Made by a program: the position numbers and the translations under genes
Shown: positions 1-8,809 of the stretch, piece after piece
How positions within the stretch are numbered: the stretch's first letter is position 1
How the letters are laid out: each line of letters begins with the position of its first letter
Notes under the pieces: generated by a model
What the model was told of the DNA's origin: nothing
Database searches by the model: none
The model's input: only the letters and a program-made list of their open reading frames with translations
Source of the DNA: a virus
Lineage: Duplodnaviria > Heunggongvirae > Uroviricota > Caudoviricetes
IMG/VR virus record: IMGVR_UViG_3300046533_000211
Span: 33,220-97,219 of that record
Direction: 5' to 3' (one strand)
Length of the DNA stretch: 64,000 nucleotides

Positions 1-347
1 GCTGCGTCGAGTTCTGGGATTCGCTGGACGCCGATGAGCCACCAGAGCTGGACGACTCGGTGAGCACCTACCGGGCAGTGCGTGAACTGCACCCCGACAT
101 CACGGAGGGCATGGCAGCCGAGATCTCCTGGGAGATGGCGTGGGAGTACGGGCGGCTCCAGGTCGATGCCAAGCAGACCGAGCAGGCCCTGCGCGGGGTC
201 AAGGCCAAGATCCTCGCGGAGATGGGCAACGCCCAGTTCGCCACCTGCAACGGAGACATCGTCGCTGCCCGCCAGCCACACGCCAAGGGCGGAATTGCCT
301 TGGTGCAGAAGGGAAGTGGAGTCGATGAGCCTGCTGTTCAGCCATGA
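1..347 (+). CDS. hypothetical protein, 5' truncated by window edge (frame 3 is open from base 3; possibly the exonuclease partner of the downstream RecT-like gene)
   Basis: Open frame from window start to TGA 345-347; codon usage consistent with neighbours; position immediately upstream of RecT-like gene. Confidence 0.5.
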   Translation, partial: CVEFWDSLDADEPPELDDSVSTYRAVRELHPDITEGMAAEISWEMAWEYGRLQVDAKQTEQALRGVKAKILAEMGNAQFATCNGDIVAARQPHAKGGIALVQKGSGVDEPAVQP

Positions 348-480
348 CGAACTGGTCGCACTGGGCCGCTGCACCACCTGCGGATGGCACCCGCCGACAC
401 AGGGCCACGACCCCAAGATTCGGCACCGGCCAGTGGCGACTCCCGGCCAGCGGGAACTGAAGCGAAGGGCTGCGAAATGA
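325..480 (+). CDS. small Cys-containing protein (51 aa; GRCTTCGWH motif)
   Basis: ATG 325 in frame of ORF 82-480; overlaps previous gene end; short, so uncertain. Confidence 0.3.
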   Translation: MSLLFSHDELVALGRCTTCGWHPPTQGHDPKIRHRPVATPGQRELKRRAAK

Positions 481-595
481 TAGCGGCGGGTGAACGTCAG
501 GCGTACTCTGCGCGACAGGTAGGCCCGTTCTGGACCCGTCGCTCAAGAGATGTGGACCGCCACAAGGGTGGTCCCGAATTGAGGAAGGTGTCCAC

Positions 596-1606
596 ATGAG
601 CGAGGACAGCAACAGAGAAGTCGAGGTGATGGAAGCCCAGCCGCTTCCAGAAGTCTCGGAGATCACCGAACCCACCACGGGTTCGCTGCAGCGGCTCGAA
701 GCCGAAGCACTGGCCATGGACAAGGCCTACAAAATTGCGAAGGCACTGAGCGCAACGCAGATGGTTCCCGAGCACTTCCAGCGCGACTTCAAACCACGCG
801 GATGCACTGACCCACTCGGGGACTCAGCAACCTGGAACCTGTCGGCGGCGATCATGTACGGGGCCGAGCTGGGCCTGACCGCGATCCAGTCCGCACAGAA
901 CATCTTCGTGATCCATGGCAAGCCAGCCGTCTACGCCCGCACGATGGCGGCGCAGGTGCGGCGGGCTGGCTACAAGATCGAGGAGGTCGAGGCCTCCGAC
1001 GAGCGGGTGATCTGGCGCGGGCTGCGTGACGGCAACTGGGCCAGCAGCGAGTGGACCATGGCGAGGGCCACCCAGGCTGGCTACACCAGCAACGAGCGGT
1101 ACCAGACGAATCCGCAGGAGATGTTGCGGGCCAAGGCGATCAGTGAGGTTTGCCGGATCCAGTATCAGGACGTGCTGCTCGGCATGGCCTACTCGGTGGA
1201 GGAACTGCAGCTCGACACCGTGGTGGTGACCCGCCCGGTCAAGACAGGGGTGCGCGGGACTGCCAAGCTGCGGGAGATCGCAGAGGCGGCGCAGAACGGA
1301 AGCGGCGAGGCCAGCCCCTCGGAACCGGAGGCAAAACCGGAACCACCCGAACCACCCGCTCCCGCCGAGGTGCCGATGGCCATCGAGGAGCAGAAGGAGC
1401 GCATCCGTGACCTCTACCGGGCCAAGGGTGTCAGCGCCACCGGAGTGCTGGAGGACATCAGCACCTTCTTCAAGCTAGACCGCAGGCTGCCTTCGCTACA
1501 CAAGCTCTCGTCCGCTCAGGCCGACGAGGTCATTGCCCGCCTGACTCAGGCAGAGGATCAGGGCGAGCCGTCTCCACCGCAGGAGGAGAACGACACACAG
1601 ACATGA
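596..1606 (+). CDS. recT: RecT/Redbeta-like single-strand annealing recombinase with Pro/Glu-rich C-terminal tail
   Basis: 336-aa ORF; N-terminal 230 aa resemble RecT family (KIAKALSATQMVPEHFQ..., NIFVIHGKPAVYART...); GGA-rich region before ATG. Confidence 0.6.
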   Translation: MSEDSNREVEVMEAQPLPEVSEITEPTTGSLQRLEAEALAMDKAYKIAKALSATQMVPEHFQRDFKPRGCTDPLGDSATWNLSAAIMYGAELGLTAIQSAQNIFVIHGKPAVYARTMAAQVRRAGYKIEEVEASDERVIWRGLRDGNWASSEWTMARATQAGYTSNERYQTNPQEMLRAKAISEVCRIQYQDVLLGMAYSVEELQLDTVVVTRPVKTGVRGTAKLREIAEAAQNGSGEASPSEPEAKPEPPEPPAPAEVPMAIEEQKERIRDLYRAKGVSATGVLEDISTFFKLDRRLPSLHKLSSAQADEVIARLTQAEDQGEPSPPQEENDTQT

Positions 1607-1614
1607 CGCGGGAA

Positions 1615-1654
1615 CGGCCCCGGCACTGGAGGAAGGGACCAGATGCCGGGGCCG
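1615..1654 (+). terminator. intrinsic terminator hairpin (11-bp stem CGGCCCCGGCA/TGCCGGGGCCG, T-rich tail)
   Basis: Perfect inverted repeat 1615-1625/1644-1654 followed by tgaccgtttctt, 9 nt after recT stop. Confidence 0.6.
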
Positions 1655-1898
1655 TGACCGTTTCTTAGACACAGTGAGGATACCCCGTTATGTGTTCAGG
1701 GCAGAGCACATTCGGCCATCGGAGTGTTGGTCGAAATGATGTTTGCCGAATAGGTTCCCAGCGCCAATATGGCGGATTAGAGTCACCCAGAGAATTGCCC
1801 CGGCGTGGTCTGCACAACCACCCGAGGCGTGGCCAGCTACCGAGAGCTGACAGGCGTGAGATTACACGGATGTCGTTCCCTGATGGGGATGAATCCCG

Positions 1899-2750
1899 GT
1901 GACTGACGCAAGGTTCCCAGAACGCTGGCTCACGGATCGGCGCATTCTTCGTCTCAGCAGTGACGCCTTCCGGGGGTTCGTCAACAGCCTGGCGTACTCG
2001 GTGTCAAACAAGACAGACGGAGTGATCGAGCCAGACGACCTCCCGTTGATCCCCAGCTTCGCAGAGCACACCGACAAGGTGCTATGCGAAGCGGGGTTAT
2101 GGCAGGAGGGTGAGGACAACTGGCTGATCGCTGAGTTCGCCGACACACAGCTGAGCAGCTCGGAACTCGAAGCACTGGCCAAGGCCCGGAAGGCCAATCG
2201 AGCGCGTCAGGCTAAGTGGAAGGCTAAGCAGTCTGACCAGGCAATTTCGAATGAGAGCGTTACCAATAACGTTAGCGGAGACGTTAGTGAGACCGTTACT
2301 GCACAGGTAAGGACAGGACAGGACAGGAGTCCTGTCCTTATAGCTACTAACAACGTAAGTGGTCCACCTCCTTCTCAAGAGCTTCAGTTGTCACCTAAGT
2401 CGGGTACGTCACCAGAGCCGCAGAAGCCGAAACGGAAACCGGCCCGCAGCCAGCTCCCCGACGACTGGGTTCCACCACCAGAGGTCCGCGAGCGCATGAA
2501 GGCGAAGTATCCGCACCTCGATCTCAAGGCCGAGTGCTTCGCATTCGTCAACCACCACCAGGCCCACGGGAACGACATGGCCGACTGGACGAAGGCCTTC
2601 TGGACCTGGCTGGGCAACACCCGCAAGTTCGGCAGCAATGGCGGGGAGGTGAACGGTCGCCCGGTGACGGGTGCCGACAAGAAGGGCATGGACTGGATGG
2701 CACTGGGCCGTCAGGTCAAGGAACGAAAGGATCGCAAGGAACTCACATGA
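1899..2750 (+). CDS. putative replication initiator / DNA-binding protein with internal iteron-encoded linker
   Basis: 283-aa ORF; lambda-O-like architecture: N-terminal domain, low-complexity linker encoded by an AT-rich repeat region (2255-2340), C-terminal domain; follows recombination genes. Confidence 0.55.
   Translation: MTDARFPERWLTDRRILRLSSDAFRGFVNSLAYSVSNKTDGVIEPDDLPLIPSFAEHTDKVLCEAGLWQEGEDNWLIAEFADTQLSSSELEALAKARKANRARQAKWKAKQSDQAISNESVTNNVSGDVSETVTAQVRTGQDRSPVLIATNNVSGPPPSQELQLSPKSGTSPEPQKPKRKPARSQLPDDWVPPPEVRERMKAKYPHLDLKAECFAFVNHHQAHGNDMADWTKAFWTWLGNTRKFGSNGGEVNGRPVTGADKKGMDWMALGRQVKERKDRKELT
2255..2360 (+). repeat. candidate origin of replication: 4 iteron-like repeats (AACGTTAGCGG / GACGTTAGTGA / ACCGTTACTGC / AACGTAAGTGG, about 12-bp phasing), 3x GGACA direct repeats and a 19-bp palindrome AGGACAGGA-G-TCCTGTCCT in a locally AT-rich stretch
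   Basis: Read directly in sequence 2264-2360; GC content drops well below the window average. Confidence 0.5.
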
Positions 2751-3373
2751 TCGAATCCGATGACATCGGTGATGCGCTGGCCATGCTCTCGGGCAACGCA
2801 CCAGACAGGACGCCGCAGCCCAGCGAGCTGGTGATCGAGGCCTGGCTGGACTACTTCAAGAGCTACCCGACCTGGACCGGTGACGAGCTGGTGGCAGTCA
2901 CGGCTGAGTATTGCAAGACACCGCGCGAGCGGATGGTCCAGCCAGCAGACCTGGGCGACATCATCAAGGCCTGGCGCAACGATGCGCTGTCGAGGATGGA
3001 CCCGGATGAGCGGGCCAACGCCTGGAACGACCTCGGTGGAGGTGGCTACCCAGGCGACGAGAAGCCACGGGTGCCGCGTGACATCTACGGCGTCCCCGAC
3101 AAGTCCTGCATGGACGAACCGCCCTACCCGCTGGACTGGTCCACCGACCAGCGGCTCAAGGCGTACTGGGAGCGGGTGCGCTCTGGGGTCATCAGGCCTG
3201 GCCGGGTCAAGGACGAGCCATCCACCGTGAAGGCTGGCTACGGGAACGCACCGGATGAGCATGCGCCTGCCGGGGAGTGCCAGGACCCCTCCTGCGACAA
3301 GCCGTCCACCTTCGGCCCCTATTGCGCCAAGCACTACGTGCTGAGCTTCCAGCTCGTCAAGGATCTGCTGTGA
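2747..3373 (+). CDS. hypothetical protein (C-terminal CxxC...C..C zinc-binding-like tail)
   Basis: ATG 2747 overlaps upstream TGA (ATGA coupling); 208 aa in frame of ORF 2534-3373. Confidence 0.6.
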   Translation: MIESDDIGDALAMLSGNAPDRTPQPSELVIEAWLDYFKSYPTWTGDELVAVTAEYCKTPRERMVQPADLGDIIKAWRNDALSRMDPDERANAWNDLGGGGYPGDEKPRVPRDIYGVPDKSCMDEPPYPLDWSTDQRLKAYWERVRSGVIRPGRVKDEPSTVKAGYGNAPDEHAPAGECQDPSCDKPSTFGPYCAKHYVLSFQLVKDLL

Positions 3374-3759
3374 TCGCAGCGATGGCCACCACCTGCCCGC
3401 ACTGCAAGTCGGGTCCGGGTGAGGCCTGCCTGGGACCAGCCTGGCGGGGCAAGGGCCTGAACTCGCGCAGGCCGCTGCGGTTCTCTGCCGCACACCCCCA
3501 GCGCATCGCCAAGGCGGCAGCTCTGGAGGCGGGGGCCAGCGACCGCGAGGCCAGAGTGGCAGCCCGGTTCGCAGTGCTCACCACCCAGCCCACGGAGATC
3601 GTGCCGTACCTGGAGGTGGCCCGGATGGCAGTGGAGGATGCGGGCCAGGTGTCCATGGGCAAGTACCGCAAGCACAACCCGCCAGCCCCCGAGGTGCCCA
3701 TCGCCAAGGCAGAGCCGCCTGAGCTTGAGCCTGAGCCGGAACCGGAGCCTGAGGCATGA
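3370..3759 (+). CDS. hypothetical protein (N-terminal CPHC..C zinc-ribbon-like; PE-repeat tail)
   Basis: GTG 3370 overlapping upstream stop (GTGA); alternative ATG 3382. Confidence 0.5.
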   Translation: MIAAMATTCPHCKSGPGEACLGPAWRGKGLNSRRPLRFSAAHPQRIAKAAALEAGASDREARVAARFAVLTTQPTEIVPYLEVARMAVEDAGQVSMGKYRKHNPPAPEVPIAKAEPPELEPEPEPEPEA

Positions 3760-3896
3760 GCGCCATGGACACCTGCAAGTGCCGGGAGTACCGCGAGGTC
3801 TCGCCAGGCGTCTGCAGCTGCACCCACACCAGGAACTACCACAAGCGCAACGTCGGGCCGTGCTGGTACCCGACCCAGATGAAGGGCACCAGATGA
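3756..3896 (+). CDS. small Cys-rich protein (46 aa, C..C....C.C..C)
   Basis: ATG 3756 overlaps upstream TGA; ends ATGA-coupled to next gene. Confidence 0.45.
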   Translation: MSAMDTCKCREYREVSPGVCSCTHTRNYHKRNVGPCWYPTQMKGTR

Positions 3897-4300
3897 CCGA
3901 CAAGCCAAGCACCGCAGCGGATGGCCGGGGCCTGCTCGGCCCGGACTTCCTGGGAGGGATGGACCCAGCCGACTGGGTGAGGGAACAGCGTGATGACGCG
4001 CCACCCATCCCCGAGGGCGTCCAGCAGCGGGTCGACTGGGTGAACTCGCTGCTTCCCGAGGGCATGCGGCTGGACACCACGCCGGTCCTGCCGCCGAGCC
4101 AGGATTTCGTCCCTGAGCCTTACCCGAGGCCTGGCTGGTCCTCCCTAGCCGACAACGCACTGTTCGTGCGTCAGCAGGCCGCACGGGTCCAGGAATGCCC
4201 CCTGTGCGGTGGGCTGTGGGATGGGGATGGGCCTGACTTGTGCCCAGACTGCGAGGACTACATGGCCGAGCTGCCAGGCGCGGTCTGGGACGAGGCCTAG
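3893..4300 (+). CDS. hypothetical protein (C-terminal CPLCGG...CPDC zinc-ribbon)
   Basis: ATG 3893 in frame of ORF 3638-4300, coupled ATGA. Confidence 0.6.
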   Translation: MTDKPSTAADGRGLLGPDFLGGMDPADWVREQRDDAPPIPEGVQQRVDWVNSLLPEGMRLDTTPVLPPSQDFVPEPYPRPGWSSLADNALFVRQQAARVQECPLCGGLWDGDGPDLCPDCEDYMAELPGAVWDEA

Positions 4301-4308
4301 GAGGCCAC

Positions 4309-4473
4309 ATGATGAACTGCAGCATCTGCCAGCACCAGTCGGGACGGCGCGAGATCTGCTGGGAGTGCGCGCCCATCCTCTGGCCACACCGCAAGGTCAA
4401 CAACGGAGCGAAGGTGCTGCACGGCAGGCTGATGGCGGTGCCGGATGTGCCCGTCGTTCCGCTGCTGACCTGA
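4309..4473 (+). CDS. small Cys-rich protein (54 aa; CSICQH...CWEC)
   Basis: ATGATG start 4309 within ORF 4240-4473; GGAGG 8 nt upstream. Confidence 0.5.
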   Translation: MMNCSICQHQSGRREICWECAPILWPHRKVNNGAKVLHGRLMAVPDVPVVPLLT

Positions 4474-4547
4474 ACTGGAGTAATTGATACTCCGCTGCTA
4501 TTCTCACAGGGAGCGGTTGGCACAGGGCCGACCCGGAATGGAGACAC

Positions 4548-5306
4548 ATGAGCAATTTGCTGGTGGTGGACTGGGATTACTTCTTTTACAACCCGATGTA
4601 CGCCCTGCATGGTGACGATCCACGCTTCTGGCTATTCGACTGGGGCCACCAAGAAACCAACATGTTCATCGACACGCTCTGGCCCCTCCGGGCCGCCGCA
4701 TTCCTGAAGTACGACATGGAGCTACCCGGCGTCGAGGTGCCCCCGGACTGGTGGGATCGGTTCACCATCACCGAGGACGCCATCTGTGAGGTCTCGGACT
4801 CGAACATGTATTCCGGCGTGGTGGATGACGAAGCGGCCTTCGATCACGTCTGGCTGTTCGATGCTCATCACGACCTGTTCAGCATCACGACCGAGGAGCA
4901 GCTGCAGGCATACCGCGACAAGGGCCAGATCACCTGCGAGGACTGGATGTTCGCCCATCACCTGCGCGGCGCGAAGCTGCACTGGCGCTGGCCCAAGTGG
5001 TTCGACTACGGCAAGAACTACCGCAAGGACATCCCCAAGTGGGTGGGCTGCGATGCACGTCGGGACGACCTGGGCCGGTTCGATCCGAACATGAGCTTCG
5101 ACGCAGTGTCCATCTGCCGGTCGGGTGCCTGGGTTCCGCCCTGGTGTGACGAGGAGTTCGAGCGGTTCTACAGCTCCTGTCCCGTCAGCGAGATCACGCA
5201 GGTGGACAAGATGCCCCTGAAGCGTGGCTGGGACATGGAGCTGGCGTGGAAGAACGTCGAGGCCATGAAACGGATGGATGAGCAGATGGAGGAGCAGCAG
5301 GCATGA
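4548..5306 (+). CDS. hypothetical protein, 252 aa, Trp/His/Asp-rich (possible metal-dependent hydrolase-like fold; unassigned)
   Basis: Clean ORF with GGAG before ATG; preceded by 75-bp AT-rich gap containing two small hairpins. Confidence 0.65.
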   Translation: MSNLLVVDWDYFFYNPMYALHGDDPRFWLFDWGHQETNMFIDTLWPLRAAAFLKYDMELPGVEVPPDWWDRFTITEDAICEVSDSNMYSGVVDDEAAFDHVWLFDAHHDLFSITTEEQLQAYRDKGQITCEDWMFAHHLRGAKLHWRWPKWFDYGKNYRKDIPKWVGCDARRDDLGRFDPNMSFDAVSICRSGAWVPPWCDEEFERFYSSCPVSEITQVDKMPLKRGWDMELAWKNVEAMKRMDEQMEEQQA

Positions 5307-5614
5307 GCGCACCATGCAAGATCGGGGATCGGATCAGGCTCACCGCCCCGCTGGCCGACGAATACCCACCCCCCGGACTGCCAGCTGGGCTGGAGGGCAC
5401 CGTCGACTGGGTGGGCCAGTGGGAGTCGGAGCTGACCCGTCAGGTCGGGGTCCGCTGGGACAACGGGCGGCGGCTGATCCTGCTGGATGGTGACAGCTTC
5501 GAGGTCATCCCTACCGAGACGTTCCATGAGCCACGCGGTCGCACCACCAACGCCAGGGCGCAGCGGTTCGCAGACCCAACCGGGTTCCCGTGTGAACTGG
5601 ACACCCTGCCATGA
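5303..5614 (+). CDS. hypothetical protein (103 aa)
   Basis: ATGA-coupled ORF. Confidence 0.6.
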   Translation: MSAPCKIGDRIRLTAPLADEYPPPGLPAGLEGTVDWVGQWESELTRQVGVRWDNGRRLILLDGDSFEVIPTETFHEPRGRTTNARAQRFADPTGFPCELDTLP

Positions 5615-5811
5615 GCGCCCCACTGCCGGGTGAGCAGATCACCGTCAACGTGACGATCAGCGTCAACAGCACCGGGACCGTCAACCTGTCGTTCACCGAC
5701 ATTCCACCGGAGGACCTGCCCGCGCTGCTCTGCTCGGTGGGCACCGAGGAGTTCGCCCGCAAGATGTCTGCACAGCTTCAGGAGGACGCACAGAAACGGA
5801 GGCAGCCATGA
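5611..5811 (+). CDS. hypothetical protein (66 aa)
   Basis: ATGA-coupled ORF. Confidence 0.5.
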   Translation: MSAPLPGEQITVNVTISVNSTGTVNLSFTDIPPEDLPALLCSVGTEEFARKMSAQLQEDAQKRRQP

Positions 5812-6023
5812 CCGCCATGCGGCTCACCAAGACCTGCGGCATCCCGGTGTACGTCAACTCGGACCAGGTGCTCTATTGGTTCGGAACCGAGATGCTGGGA
5901 CGGCCCAGTGAGAAGTGGACCCGGATCGTGTTCAGCGGTGTCGGGGACGGGGCGGCACTGGGCGTGCGCGAGACACCCGAGGAGATCGCGGCGATGTTCA
6001 ACGCAGTGGATGTCGCCCGATGA
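5808..6023 (+). CDS. hypothetical protein (71 aa)
   Basis: ATGA-coupled ORF. Confidence 0.5.
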   Translation: MTAMRLTKTCGIPVYVNSDQVLYWFGTEMLGRPSEKWTRIVFSGVGDGAALGVRETPEEIAAMFNAVDVAR

Positions 6024-6244
6024 GCTGGGACCTGTTCCAGTGGATCAGCATCGTGATCCTCTGGTGGCTCATCGTCAAGAACCTGCGGATCATGCACCAG
6101 GTCAAGCGCCGCTGGCAGGCAGAGCGGATCGAGCTGGTGGAGATCACCGGCCTGTCGCCATTGCAGGTGCAGGTCGCCATGGATGCCGCAATGGCGATCT
6201 TCCACCAGCGGATCGAGGAGATGAGACAGCCCCATGACCAGTGA
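6020..6244 (+). CDS. small membrane protein (1 TM: WISIVILWWLIV)
   Basis: ATG 6020 in frame of ORF 5915-6244, coupled to upstream stop. Confidence 0.5.
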   Translation: MSWDLFQWISIVILWWLIVKNLRIMHQVKRRWQAERIELVEITGLSPLQVQVAMDAAMAIFHQRIEEMRQPHDQ

Positions 6245-6404
6245 CGGCCTGGAGGTTGAGGAGTCCGACCACGGGTTCAAGTGGGTGTACCAGTCCACGG
6301 GCGGGGCCTGCTTCATCTCGCCGAAGCTCTACAAGACCAAGGCAGCAGCCCGCAAGGCTGGCCGTACCTGGATCGCCGAGCAATACCCATCAGAGGAGGA
6401 GTGA
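6234..6404 (+). CDS. hypothetical small protein (56 aa)
   Basis: ATG 6234, GAGGAG upstream; ends ATGA-coupled at 6404; below ORF-track size cutoff. Confidence 0.4.
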   Translation: MTSDGLEVEESDHGFKWVYQSTGGACFISPKLYKTKAAARKAGRTWIAEQYPSEEE

Positions 6405-6631
6405 TGCCGGGAGCACCGGACCTCAAGCAGAGCAACCCACTCAAGAAGCTCGTCGCCGATGTGGTGTACGAGGCGGTCGCCAAGCTGGACTTCGCCTACA
6501 CGGCAAACGTCGGTCATGTGGACGTGCGCCGGGTGAGTGACCTGCGAACCGAGGTCACGATCACGCGGGCGGTAAACAGCGCCAACTTCCCGCCTCGCCA
6601 CTTCACCGTGCAGGTGATCGAGCACCAATGA
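6404..6631 (+). CDS. hypothetical protein (75 aa)
   Basis: ATG 6404 in frame of ORF 6281-6631, GAGGAG RBS. Confidence 0.5.
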   Translation: MPGAPDLKQSNPLKKLVADVVYEAVAKLDFAYTANVGHVDVRRVSDLRTEVTITRAVNSANFPPRHFTVQVIEHQ

Positions 6632-6708
6632 GCCTGCCGCAGGGGCGTGAACGTCACCGAGCTGAGCTATCTGCTTTCCTCAGCTGACAACGGATCGATG
6701 GATGGACC

Positions 6709-7221
6709 ATGACGATCAGAAACTCCGATCAGAGTCCTCCCCAGCGCCCCTGCGGCACCCCGCGACCCAGGAGCTGCCTTGTGCTCTGCCCCGTCTGTCT
6801 CCAGCCCGTCAAGACCAACAGCCGGGGTGAGGTCAAGCCGCACACCGACGCCCACTTCGGTGACTGCCCGATGGGTGGCCGGGTCGCCCCGCCTTGGGAT
6901 GAGGACAGCACCCGGCCTGCAGTCCAGGGCCGCTCCGGTGGTATCTGCGAATACTGCTCACAGCGGCTGGCCACCGACATGCACCACCGCAAGTCGCTCG
7001 GCGTCGGAGGCTTCTGGCAACCGGCCAACATCATCCACATCTGTCGGCCCTGTCACCGCTTCATCACTGAGCACCCGAACTGGGCCTGGTCGCTCGGGCT
7101 GATCGTGCGTTCCACAGAGGACCCGGCCAAGAGATCTGTCACCCGCGAGAACGGGGACATGTTCCAGCCCTCCGATGACGTGGCCCCACCGCTGCCCAAG
7201 AAGCATCGAAGGAAGCGATGA
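6709..7221 (+). CDS. HNH homing-type endonuclease
   Basis: CxxC...CEYCS...HHRKSLGVGG...NIIHICRPCHRFITEHP: HNH His-Asn-His zinc-finger nuclease motif. Confidence 0.75.
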   Translation: MTIRNSDQSPPQRPCGTPRPRSCLVLCPVCLQPVKTNSRGEVKPHTDAHFGDCPMGGRVAPPWDEDSTRPAVQGRSGGICEYCSQRLATDMHHRKSLGVGGFWQPANIIHICRPCHRFITEHPNWAWSLGLIVRSTEDPAKRSVTRENGDMFQPSDDVAPPLPKKHRRKR

Positions 7222-7310
7222 CCTGCAAACGCAAGCACAGCTACACCGTCCAGCGGCGAGGCAGGCGTCCGATATTGGTTTGCGTGAAGTGTGGGAAGGA
7301 GATCCGCTAG
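7218..7310 (+). CDS. zinc-ribbon peptide (30 aa, MTCKRKH...LVCVKCGKEIR)
   Basis: ATG 7218 overlaps HNH stop (ATGA); below ORF-track cutoff. Confidence 0.35.
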   Translation: MTCKRKHSYTVQRRGRRPILVCVKCGKEIR

Positions 7311-7314
7311 AGCC

Positions 7315-8604
7315 GTGACGAAGATCGTCCTGCACCCAAGCGCCCTGCCGCGCTTCCCCCAGGCCCCGTGCGAGCTACACGGGGCCTGGAAGTGGTGGCG
7401 GGTGCGAGTTCGCGGCGACATCATCCAGCGGTACGAGCCAAGCCGGGACGACATCCAGACAGCGATCCTGGAGTTCGAGGACGGCTACCCGGACACCGAG
7501 ATCACCGACCCGCCAGTCATGCGGGTGGTCACCGTGAACGAGATCCGTGACTTCGGCAGCCCGCTCAGATCAGCGATGCTGGACTCCAGCACCACCGAGG
7601 CCCTCATCGTCTGGAATGGCAGCCCCGGCCCGGACTGGCAGCCACTCCCCGGTAACACCTGTCGCCCTGGTGAGTACGAGATCGTCACGCTGTCCAACCG
7701 GAGCGAGGAGCGCAGCAGCTGGCGGGATGCCTACGAGGCCCGGTGGTCCTCAGACCAGCGGCGGCTCCAGTGGCCACCCCAGCGGGCCACCCAGCGCAGG
7801 CCACTCACCGTGGCCGAGGCCGAGCAGGCGCTCAGGGATGTCAGCAGGACCGTCCAGGTTTACCGGGGCCAACTGGACGACACGGTATTGGCATTCGAGC
7901 GATTCGAGGAAGCGGCCCGGATCAACCGGGAGCAAGTGCAGCAGCTCTACGCCGTGCCACCTGAGATCCTGCTGACACCACCACCCAGGCCCCGGCGTCA
8001 GCCGCTGCCGCCGCAGACCGCCCGTGTGGCCTGGAACCCAGACGGCTCCAGGACTTACACCTTCGACGCACCCACCGGCACCTACGACGCGGTGGTGTTC
8101 CAGGACGGCACCGAGGTTCCCTTCCCCACCATCACGATGGCCTCTCAGGGTCAGGTCATCGTGACGGTATCGGCTGACAACACGGTGATCCCCGACAGCC
8201 AGCCCCGGTTGCGGCGGGCACTCGGTGACCCCAACCGTGCGCGGTACGCCCGAGTGGATACCAGGTGGGAAGCCAGCCCTGCGCTGACTGATCCACGGTT
8301 GAACCCGGAGAAGAAGGTGCTGGACTCCATCGAGGAGCTGGTCAACGACCAGATCACTCGGGCGGCTCCCCGTGGTGTGCCACTGGACGACTACGACACC
8401 GACCGCTACCCGGAATGCAAGGAGTGCGGCCACGACTGGCACGGGCTGGAGTGCGACCCCGAGGACGGCTCCTGCGAGTGCATCAACACCGACTGGCTCG
8501 GACCTGACCAGAGGACCAAGCACCTAGACCTCGATGAGCCGACCCCGCTGGAGATCCAGCGCCCTGAGGGCACCCGGATTCGGAACCTGGACATGGACTG
8601 GTGA
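7315..8604 (+). CDS. hypothetical protein (about 430 aa; C-terminal CKECGH...C.C cysteine cluster)
   Basis: ORF 7291-8604; GTG 7315 has GGAAGGAG upstream (alternative GTG 7291). Confidence 0.6.
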   Translation: MTKIVLHPSALPRFPQAPCELHGAWKWWRVRVRGDIIQRYEPSRDDIQTAILEFEDGYPDTEITDPPVMRVVTVNEIRDFGSPLRSAMLDSSTTEALIVWNGSPGPDWQPLPGNTCRPGEYEIVTLSNRSEERSSWRDAYEARWSSDQRRLQWPPQRATQRRPLTVAEAEQALRDVSRTVQVYRGQLDDTVLAFERFEEAARINREQVQQLYAVPPEILLTPPPRPRRQPLPPQTARVAWNPDGSRTYTFDAPTGTYDAVVFQDGTEVPFPTITMASQGQVIVTVSADNTVIPDSQPRLRRALGDPNRARYARVDTRWEASPALTDPRLNPEKKVLDSIEELVNDQITRAAPRGVPLDDYDTDRYPECKECGHDWHGLECDPEDGSCECINTDWLGPDQRTKHLDLDEPTPLEIQRPEGTRIRNLDMDW

Positions 8605-8616
8605 TGGCCACACAGG

Positions 8617-8656
8617 AAGGCCCCGGACGCTGCGCCATGCAGGTCTCCGGGGCCTT
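8617..8656. terminator. bidirectional terminator hairpin (stem AAGGCCCCGGA/TCCGGGGCCTT; core identical to copy at 43455-43495)
   Basis: Inverted repeat 8617-8627/8646-8656, 13 nt after stop of 7315-8604, in a convergent gene gap. Confidence 0.6.
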
Positions 8657-8809
8657 GCTGCTGGGGGTAGTGGTCTGGTGTGCCGGTGACACCTGTACTG
8701 GGCTGACTTGTTTGGCTCAGCTAGACCTGCGGTCAGGTTCGACCACTACTTCCAACACCAGAAGCATATGCTAGCGCGCTACCAATTGGCAACCCACGTG
8801 GCGTGTGAT

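Noticed and set aside
3357-4610. 417-aa minus-strand ORF antisense to early genes
   Set aside because: Opposite strand of a run of coupled plus-strand genes; low-complexity R/P/G/A composition; no start context.
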